Shown: positions 13,535 through 22,603 of the stretch, in pieces
Position numbering within the stretch: position 1 is the first letter of the stretch
How the letters are laid out: each line of letters begins with the position of its first letter
Assembly: GCA_043228905.1 (NCBI GenBank)
Contig: JBHGNT010000021.1
Span: forward strand, 8,122,001-8,186,000
Direction of reading: 5' to 3'
Source: Azolla caroliniana
Taxonomy: Eukaryota > Plantae > Polypodiophyta
DNA: 64,000 bases
Notes under the pieces: generated by a model
The model's input: the letters and a program-made list of their open reading frames with translations, nothing else
What the model was told of the DNA's origin: nothing
Database searches by the model: none
Translations under genes and position numbers: made by a program

Positions 13535-13817
13535 CAGAGTGATACTCTGTTGTAACCGCCGCTAGGCGAAGAGTGTGAGCGTGAGGTCGTCGCCTCTGTG
13601 CCCCCTTTTGTATTCTTTGACATAGTGATAGTTTGGAGTCCGTGGGCTCTCGTGGTTTTTCCCATTTAGGGTTTTCCACGTTAACATATTGTGTACCCTC
13701 TCTCATATTGTCTGTGTGTACGTGTTTCACCGTCATTCCCATTCTCTGTGTTCGATTCTAAAAGACACGATCTGAGACTCGGTTGTGGCCGAGTAATATT
13801 CTGCATTTTGCGTGTCA
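13227..13817 (+). repeat. 3' LTR of K
   Basis: Direct repeat of 1798-2376, preceded by the PPT. Confidence 0.92.
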
Positions 13818-14133
13818 GCCCGTACCGTTTGAGGAGTTGCGCTTCGAATTCTCCTCAGGTCCGGCATCCAGCCTGCACCTCGAGCACCTTTGCGTGGATG
13901 CCCGGTATCGCCACCCGAGGGAACCCAGCCAAACGCCTTTCCTCTGGGATGTCCCTCATCACCATTTCGGCTCGGTAGGCCACCAAATAACTCGTGGCGT
14001 CCTTCCCATTGAACCGGCCTATTGAGCCGACAATTGCTTCAATGGCCTTGTCGAGCGCGCCCGTGCCCTCATGAGCAATTACTATCCGATCGACTGTTGT
14101 TGCCATGGCTTCGGCGAGCTTTGATCCCCTCAT
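13818..14133 (-). pseudogene. gag N-terminus of gypsy A
   Basis: GRFNGKDATSYLVAY gag motif directly downstream of the PBS. Confidence 0.75.
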
Positions 14134-14154
14134 CTTCGATTCCTCTGCCGCCTT

Positions 14155-14174
14155 GATTCACGTCGGGTTCACCA
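14155..14174 (-). promoter_or_regulatory. Primer-binding site complementary to tRNA-Trp
   Basis: Plus strand reads GATTCACGTCGGGTTCACCA, the 3' end of plant cytosolic tRNA-Trp plus CCA (from recall); 6 nt from the LTR. Confidence 0.85.
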
Positions 14175-14764
14175 AATATATGTTGTGTTGTTACGCTCTC
14201 GCGTATGAAATAATGCGGGACCGCGGGGGCCCTGAACTAAGGAGCGTGAGAGAGAAGAGGGAGAGAGATTCGCATAAACACAAAGAGACAGAAACGAAAG
14301 AATCAATTCCAATAACAGTATAGATTACAGAGCTTGCAATGTTACAACCGGCAAGCCGGTGACAGACTCAACACAAACGAACACACGCACTGAAATACAC
14401 AGTGGAGCCTCTACCAGAAGCACACGGGCTTTCACGCAGCAGAGGCAACCAACCTAACCCAAAATCCCTGCAGAAGCAACAACGATGGTGGAGGAGAGAG
14501 CTCGGTTCCCAATCCGACAACACTTCGTCGTCTGTCCACTAGGGAAGACCGTTACACCCTCGGTTACATACATTTATCCTCTGTCCGGTCAGATAGAGAT
14601 ACGATTGGATTCCCTAGACAATTAATGTGTACTACCTGGTATATTTACAGCAGCTGAATCAGACCTAGTTATGTACAACTTAATAAATAGTGCGGCCACG
14701 CGTAAGGGTCTGTTCCTGCGTCTTTTCCCCCCGTTTCCTCCTATGGCCGGTTTTCTCCACGACA

Positions 14765-15275
14765 ACATCGGCGTAGAGCACAACACACACGGATGGGCTA
14801 GATCGAGTGGCCTAACCGCTCTGATACCATGTAAAAAATCGATGATTCTTGTGCAACAGAAGATATGTGTGTTATGTGTATGCGTGAGAGGAAAGAGAGG
14901 AGAGAAGAGACAACACAAGATAGATAAGAGAGGAAAAATATGAAGTACTCAAGAAGAAGATTGTATATTAACAAGGAGAATATCAATTACAAAATGTAAC
15001 ATTACAAGGGAGGACAACCGACACTCTATGAGGTAGGAGGAGGGTGCTTTATATAAGGTCACCCTCTCTCTCCATTAACTCACTACAACAACCACCTCTC
15101 TTGGGGAATGTGGAGACTCATTGGTCATGGGGAAAATGAAACTCATTAGTTATGTGTCATAAAATATGATTCTATGACATATAATTAATGTGTAGAGAGT
15201 AGTGACCTTTGAGTGCTCATAGATTCTCAAAGGGTGTGTTCACACACAATGCTAGGTTGACCTTGATTCTCAACA
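14765..15275 (-). mobile_element. 5' end of copia B (LTR 14830-15275, tRNA-iMet PBS 14818-14829, leader interrupted by gypsy A)
   Basis: GCTCTGATACCA adjacent to a TG..CA LTR; leader matches that of copia C. Confidence 0.85.
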
Positions 15276-15462
15276 CTCCTGTTCCCTCCCCTTTCTTCCC
15301 TCTCTATGGCTCCTACTAGAGAGGTTCTTGTCACCCTTCCTCTCCTTCTTCTTCTTTTCACATGCCTCTCTATTTCAGCCTTACCTAAGGCTAAACAAAT
15401 GTTTGACAGCCCTACCTAGCATTGAAGCATGACTATTGAAATCTATATGAACATAATGAGTT

Positions 15463-18400
15463 TTTTGAGAATCAAGCTCAACTTGGTCTAGTGTGTGAAC
15501 TCACCTTGAGAGTGAAGAGACACTCCAACGGTCAAGAGTCACCATTATGTCACCACTTTGTATTCTAGCATTTAGTATGAGTCATAGAATCATATTCTAT
15601 GACACATAACTTATGAGCTTTTACATTCCCCATGCTCCATGAGGCTTGTAGTTAATGAAGAGAGAGGGTGACTACATAAAGCACCCTCCTCCCACCTTGT
15701 ATAATGTTGAGTCTTTCTCCTTTGTCAATATACTTTTACCTTGCTTATTCTCTGTGTTTCTCTCTCTCTCTCTCTCTTACAGACACACATAACTCACATC
15801 TCTTACGCTTCACAAGTATCCATCTCTTGATTCTTTACATGGTATCAGAGCGATTTGGTAGCTCGATCTAGCCCATTTGCCTCATCGTGAACGTGTGTTG
15901 TGCTCTACGCCGACGACCAAGAACCGGCTCATAGCTATCGTAGCGTCGCTACATAGCTCGCATTCGAAGAGAGAAGAAGAAGAAGAAGAATCGACATAAT
16001 GAATACTCAAATGGGGAGCGCTCTCCCTACCGAGAAGTTGGATCGAAACAACTTCGCATCTTGGGAGTACAAGATGCACCAATACCTTGTCGGACAAGGC
16101 TATTGGAGCTACATCAAAGGAGCGCATGAAGACCGACCCGCCGAAGCGGCTCCCAGATACGCGACATGGGAGCAAGCCGCAAGCCGCATGATGTATTGCT
16201 TGGTGACATGTGTTCACGACCACATGCTCGGTTACATTCGAGAAGCCAAGACGCCGAAGGAAGCGTGGGAAAATCTACGAAAGATTTTCGACGCCAACAC
16301 AACCACGAGGAAGCTTCAACTCCGCCAAGAGTTGAACAACATTCAACAAAGGGACATGTCCATCACGACATACACCTTGAAGATCAAGGAGCTTTGCGAC
16401 TCGCTCGGCTCAATAAGCGTAAGTATAGATGATGATGAGATGGTTCAAATATGCCTCGGCGGCCTCGCACCACGGTTCGGCGCGATGCGAACCTCCGTTC
16501 TAGAACAGGAGAAATCTCCCTCCTTATTCGAGCTCCAATCAATGCTATTGGTCGAAGAAAACCACATGCGTACAAGGAGCAATGAGTCGGAAGGCCACAT
16601 GCTCTACACGCACTCTAATGGAGGAAGAGGACGCGAACGAGCGAGAGGCCGATTCGGCCAAGGACAAGGCGGACGAGGTCCGACATACGATAACAACTCC
16701 CAATTTCGACCGCAAAACGGAGGCCAACGAGGAACCTTTGCAAGAAGGGGGAGCTTCCACACCGGCCCGAGCCGTCAAAACGCAACCGAATGAGGATATT
16801 GCGGAAAGCTCGGCCACCACGAAGAAGAGTGCCGAAAGAAGATGCGTGAATCGGCTTCCACAAGCCGACAACTCACGAATTACGCGCACAATTCTGACTA
16901 CGAAGAGTATAGCGGAATGTACACATACAACTCCGACCGTGGCGGAATGTTCATGATGAAACATAGAGCAAACTCTATGTCGGCCTCTACCTCAACTAGT
17001 GCCCTCAATCCGGAGGACGTATGGTTTGTTGACTCCGGAGCCTCAAACCATATGACATCCCACAAAGAATGGTTTCTCGAACTTCGAGAGCCGGAGCGAC
17101 CCGGTTATGTCGAAATTGGAGATGACACTACGCACCCGATTCGGCACATCGGCAATGTTCTGTTCGGCGAAAGAGGTAAGCAAACATATATTAAAAATGT
17201 CTTGCATGTTCCCACCATCACAAAGAATTTGGTCTCGGTCGGCCAAATGGTTGAGCAAGGGATGCAAGTACAATTCGACCAAGAAGGGTGCTTCATTGAA
17301 AAAGAAGGCCGAATCATCGCACATGGAAGAAGAGAGGGCTGGATGTTCATTCTCGATTCACACGAGATGAAATCCGCCATGTTCACGAAAAGCACGAAAG
17401 CCGACTCCGACATAGAGTTATGGCATAAGCGAATCGGCCACATCAATCTCAACAAACTCAAAGCAATGAGATCGAAAGGAGTCGTTATCAGACTCCCGAC
17501 ATTCAAAGAGAAGGAGATTGAAGGTGTATGCAAAGCGTGCCAATTCGGCAAGCAACACCGACACCCATTCCCGAAGGAGCGGAATGTTAGCAAAGGCATA
17601 CTCGACGTAATTAATTCCGATGTATGGGGTCCGGCCCAAACGGCGACATTCGGCGGATGCCGATATTACGTGCTCTTCATCAACGACTTTTCTAGGCACA
17701 CATGGATCTATCCGATGCGGCAAAAGAGCGAAGTGTTCGGACACTTCCAAAAGTTCAAGAATGAAGTCGAGAAAGCCACGGGCCGACATGTACGATGCCT
17801 TCGATCGGATGGCAGCAAGGAGTACTTCTCGAATGATTTCACGGCGTATCTCCGAAAGGAAGGAATTCAACGAGAATTCACTTGCCGACACACTCCGCAA
17901 CAAAACGGAGTAGCCAAGCGCAAAAATCGGCACATCCTCAAAGTAGCGCAGGCCATGATGAACGAGAAGCATATGCCCAAGTCATATTGGGCCGAAGCGG
18001 CAAATACGGCCGTCTACCTAATGAACCGGTGCACAACATCTGGCGTGCACGAGGTCACTCCGCACGAAAAATACTTCGGAAGGAAGCCGGACTTATCACA
18101 TATCCGGATATTCGGCGCGATAGCGTACGTGCACATCCCTGACGAGAAGCGTCAAAAGCTTGACCCGAAGTCGGAGAAATGTATCCTCGTAGGATACTCA
18201 CTGGAACAAAAGGGGTACAAGTGCTACAACCCCTCAACTCGAAAATCTCGAGTAAGTCGAGACGTCGTGTTTGATGAGTCCGCATCCTGGTACACACCAG
18301 AGACAACTCCAACTCTGACTCCGCTTGACCCGGAATCCGCTGAACAAGAGATAGAGGATGAAGATCATTCTACGGGCATGTTCGAAGAAAGTCTGATCAC

Positions 18401-19442
18401 AACCCGATTGAGTGGACCACAAGAGCCTTTGAGCGATCAAAGCACATCACGGTCTAGCCCGAAGATGGACAAAGGCAAGGCAAAAATGGCGGAATACGAA
18501 GACGATCGCTTCACCGACTATGAGTCAACTCACTCACTCGACAGTGAGTTCGGGGGTTTCGAGGTACCAATCGGAGCAAAGAAAGCCCTCATCTCTGCAA
18601 ATGAAAAGCTCCGCCGATCCACTCGTGAAAAGAACCCCATAAGCCGATTCGGCTACAACGATTATATGGCGTACCATTACGCCTTTATGATGAAGGTTGC
18701 AACAGTACGGGAGCCGGAAACCTTTTCCGAAGCCGCGAAGGACCAACGATGGATCGAAGCAATGACTGAGGAGATGCAGGCACTACGGAAGAACGAGACA
18801 TGGGATCTCGTTCCCACCTCACCGCACAAAAAGGCGATCGGATGCAGATGGATCTACAAAGTGAAGTACAACGCGGACGGTTCCGTCAACCGCTACAAAG
18901 CTCGACTCGTAGCGAAAGGATACGCTCAGACACATGGCGTCGACTATGAAGAAACCTTTGGCCCGGTGGCAAAGATGACGACGGTGCGGACGGTAATTGC
19001 GATTGCCGCGGCAAAAGGGTGGCACCTCCATCAAATGGACGTCAAGAACGCCTTTCTACAAGGCGAATTAGAAGAGGAGGTGTACATGATCCAACCACCC
19101 GGGTTCAACTCGAGCACCCATCCGAAAGCCGTATGCCGACTCAAGAAGCCACTCTACGGCCTCAAGCAAGCACCGCGTGCTTGGCATTCGAAGATAATGC
19201 AATATCTTCATCAAATCGGCTTCCGTATGTCAAAATCGGACAATTCCCTCTACATACAAAGCGATTCCGCAAGTCCGATCGTCATCATCTTATATGTGGA
19301 TGACCTAATCATTGGAGGTGAGCATCTCGTCGAAATCAATAAAGTCAAATCCCTCCTTTCCGACAAGTTCGAGATGACAGACATGAAGGAGCTCCACTAC
19401 TTCCTCGGCATTGAGGTAATTCGGACTCCGGCTGGAATCATG
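15463..19442 (+). mobile_element. Ty1/copia element C (LTR ~15463-15839, PBS 15840-15851), truncated by the assembly gap
   Basis: gag 15999-16793 then a frameshift in the knuckle region; open PR-IN-RT 16842-19442 (WFVDSGASNHM, SDVWGP, YVDDL). Confidence 0.93.
16842..19442 (+). CDS. Copia C pol (protease, integrase, RT; incomplete)
   Basis: Uninterrupted ORF up to the N-run with canonical copia motifs. Confidence 0.88.
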
Positions 19443-19542
19443 NNNNNNNNNNNNNNNNNNNNNNNNNNNNNNNNNNNNNNNNNNNNNNNNNNNNNNNNNN
19501 NNNNNNNNNNNNNNNNNNNNNNNNNNNNNNNNNNNNNNNNNN
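19443..19542. other. Assembly gap (100 N)
   Basis: N-run; the two flanks belong to different elements. Confidence 0.99.
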
Positions 19543-19753
19543 ATCAACGCAGAGGTACTCGTCACCGTCGCCGTCACGGGGTGTTTTCTTCTCCGTTCTT
19601 GATGTGGTGAAGTACCTTTTTCTCGACGAGTTCATGGGTGGGTTCTTTTGGTGTGCTCGTCCCGTGCTACAAAATGCCGATGTGATTGCGAACAAACTCG
19701 GCTAAGTCTCGAACCCATTTATTTTACCCTTTTTTTTTCTTATTAACACCACA

Positions 19754-20569
19754 ATGACGTCTAGACGGACTAAGGAACTTAAGGATATACAAGACGAGGC
19801 TATAAGTAAGGAGGACTTTTTAGATATGTTTAATCGTTTAACAAAAATAGAGATGGATATGAAAAAATGGGTGAAAGACACCGAAACCTACAAGAAAAAA
19901 AGATAGAGAGGAAAAAAGACGCCCTCAAGGCCGAAATAGAACAACTTAAAGTAGAAAACATCGACCTTAAAAAACAACTTAAGGACATCGAGGTATCTCG
20001 AGAAGACGGTGAAATATCCTCTATAGAGGATATAAAGGACGAAATTAAAAAAGTTAAAGAGGAAGTTAATAATAACATAAAGTTAGCTAAAACGGGTTGG
20101 GTAGATGTGGTTAAAAGAAACATTAAAAAAGAAATAAAAGATGAAAATATTGTTAACACCACCCTTGAAGAAGAGAAAATGCGTCAGGCCCGACGCTTAA
20201 ATGTACGTGTCACTGGGCTCAAGGAAGGTGCATCCCCAAATGAGGACGCACAAACACTTGGGAAAATGTTAGGGTACACAGAGGCCCTACCTATCACCAA
20301 AGCATGGAGGGCCGGGCATGACACAACTAGGAAGAGAGCCTTAGTCCTTCAATTTAAAGACTTAGACTCTAGAATCACTTTCTTTAAGAAGAGACCAATC
20401 CTTCGAGGAATGGATGGGGGACCCCATCTATCTCGATGAAGACCTCACTAAGATGCAAATTGAGCATCGCAAGAGTTGTATGCCACGAGTTATGCAAGCT
20501 CGTAAAGAAGGCCATCGCGCCTTTTACCGAGACGGGCAAGTGATCATAAATGATCGCACTACTAACTGA
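19754..20569 (+). pseudogene. LINE-a ORF1 (coiled coil plus RRM/CTD-like), two frameshifts
   Basis: Heptad-rich region, RRLNVRVTGLKE, IYLDEDLT..ARKEG..AFYRDGQVIIN; shifts near 19900 and 20420. Confidence 0.8.
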
Positions 20570-21008
20570 CGGTGTGTGGCCCATGTGACAGAAAATGCAC
20601 TTAGGATGACCCTATGGAATTGTAATGGCGCACTCTGGGCACTACCCCGGCCGCCTAGAGGAGATACTAAAGGTATCTGATATACTTTTCTTGGTAGAAA
20701 CACATCAGAGCCCAAATAGAGGACTCCCACGGGTCGAAGGATTCCGTTGGGAGTCCGCTTTTAGACAAACCTCACGTCGACACACTACTAGGGGATCTGG
20801 AGGTGTTGCGATACTATTTCGTAGAGAGCTACATAATAGGATAGAAATAATGAAGATAGACCCAGAAGCTCGTTTTATGTGGGTGATGTCATAACTAGAC
20901 TCGAACCCATAACCTTTTGTTACACGGGTCGAGACTTTACCATTAGGTTATGAATTGTAATTTGAAGGATATTATTTTCATTTAGGTTTTATTGGGAAAT
21001 TGATGTAT

Positions 21009-21069
21009 ATTCCAGATTTCTCTAGAACATTCTAGAAACTTCAGGAGTATTCCTGAAGACACTATAAAA
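21009..21069 (+). promoter_or_regulatory. Heat-shock-element array plus TATA box in the G LTR
   Basis: Ten phased pentamers, seven perfect, including aGAAc aTTCt aGAAa cTTCa; TATAAAA at 21063. Confidence 0.7.
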
Positions 21070-21433
21070 GGAGGCGCAAGGCATTAGTTCGAACCAAATC
21101 GGTTCAACGCCAATCTTAAGCCTTCTAACTACTGTTGTATATCTTCCTTCATATAATACATATATCTTTCGCATCATCATTCTCTCTCTCTCTCTCTCTC
21201 TCTCACCCACTCACTCATTCCTTCTCTCAAAGTTCGACACCTCTCATAGTACTAATCCTTCTCTGTCTTAGTACTATTCCCCAACAATAGTACTAATCCT
21301 TCTTTTAGTACTAATTCCTTCTCTGCCTTAATAGAGTTCCTGACAGTTTGAACCGATTTTGACTACTAGTCTCCCTCTTCCTTCTGTCTCCCTCCTTTCC
21401 TACTAGTCTCTTATTTCCCTTTTCCTTCATCCC

Positions 21434-22603
21434 ATGGCCACCGTTAGCGCTGAAGAGTATCAATCCGTTTTCTCGGAATTTCAATGCTTGAAAGAGAAGT
21501 TTCATGCTTTGGAACAAGAAAATCAACGCTTGTTGGGGGATCTTCAGCAAATTTCCTTAGAAAAGCAGCAAACGCAACAACAGCATGGGGAACTTGCGTT
21601 ACGCGTGCAACAACTCGAAGCAACCATCGTAGCAATGCAACAACAAGGGCACGGAGCACAAGGGATTCATAAAGAACCCAAGATTGGCCTTCCCACGAAG
21701 TTCGATGGAACGCGATCGCAGTTTAGAGGGTTTCTTAACCAGGTACGGTTAGTTATTCAAATGCATCCGTCCCGATATCCCACCGATGCATCACGAGTGG
21801 GTTTAGTAGGCACGTTGTTAAATGGCTCAGCATTAGCATGGTTCGCTCCGCTACTAGAAAAGGAATCTCCAGTACTAAATAATTTTGAAGAATTCATAAG
21901 TGAGTTTAAAGCATGTTTTGGAGATACTGACAGCATAAGGACTGCAATCAACAAAATCCGGCGATTACGCCAAGGTGACCGTCCAGCCTCCGCATATGCT
22001 GCAGATTTCCGCCTACTCGCCGCCGATATCCCCTGGGATGATCAAGCATTGATGGAGCAGTTCCGCTATGGTCTACGCAACGATGTCAAGGATTTACTCT
22101 TGACTTTCCCTGAAGAGCCAAAATCATTAACAGAAGCAATCAGTCGAGCGGTCAGATGTGACAACCGCCTCTTCGAGCGACGTTCGGAACGACAATTTCA
22201 GATGCCGAGGGCAAGATCCGAGCCTACCTATGCCTCAGTGGTAGCGAAACCTTTTCAAAGGGAGTCACATAATGCGCCTCCAGTAAGTACTCCAACTCCA
22301 ATGGAAATTGACACTACACGTCGTCGTGGGCCGCTATCGGAGGAGGAAAAGCAACGACGCCGAACAAATCGATTATGCCTTTATTGCGGTGGACCAGGGC
22401 ATATCGCGATAAACTGTCCCCATAGACCAAGAAGGCAGGTAAACCAAGTCATTGTTAGTTCTGACTATACTAAACCCGAGTCTATTTCAGTAGGAATCTC
22501 TGATAATCCTCATAGTCATAATAGTCCTAATAGTACTAATAGTCTGAATCTCGCAAACAAATTTGATGTCCTTAGCCAATTAGAAGAAGAGTTAAACGAC
22601 TAA
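21434..22603 (+). CDS. G Gag (coiled coil, capsid, CCHC knuckle)
   Basis: PTKFDGTRSQFRGFLNQ, LRQG..YAADF, CLYCGGPGHIAINCP. Confidence 0.93.
   Translation: MATVSAEEYQSVFSEFQCLKEKFHALEQENQRLLGDLQQISLEKQQTQQQHGELALRVQQLEATIVAMQQQGHGAQGIHKEPKIGLPTKFDGTRSQFRGFLNQVRLVIQMHPSRYPTDASRVGLVGTLLNGSALAWFAPLLEKESPVLNNFEEFISEFKACFGDTDSIRTAINKIRRLRQGDRPASAYAADFRLLAADIPWDDQALMEQFRYGLRNDVKDLLLTFPEEPKSLTEAISRAVRCDNRLFERRSERQFQMPRARSEPTYASVVAKPFQRESHNAPPVSTPTPMEIDTTRRRGPLSEEEKQRRRTNRLCLYCGGPGHIAINCPHRPRRQVNQVIVSSDYTKPESISVGISDNPHSHNSPNSTNSLNLANKFDVLSQLEEELND

Larger units (their letters stand above)
1798..13817 (+). mobile_element. Ty1/copia (Tnt1/Tork-like) element K, full length but degenerate
   Basis: LTRs 1798-2376 and 13227-13817 (TG..CA), TSD GCCCA/GCCCG, decayed tRNA-iMet PBS at 2380, PPT 13211-13226, domain order gag-PR-IN-RT-RH. 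Confidence 0.93.
1..14764 (-). mobile_element. Ty3/gypsy LTR retrotransposon A (5' LTR, PBS, decayed gag-protease; continues beyond window start), interrupted by copia K
   Basis: LTR 14181-14764 (TGTTGTG...CACGACA), PBS 14155-14174. The gag reading frame rejoins across K (..QLLKRYG|LDEALRLTKQDFVD..). Retropepsin motif at 45-440. Confidence 0.85.

Noticed and set aside
19443-19610. 922-aa ORF running through the N-run
   Set aside because: Artefact of translating the gap; the downstream sequence belongs to LINE-a.
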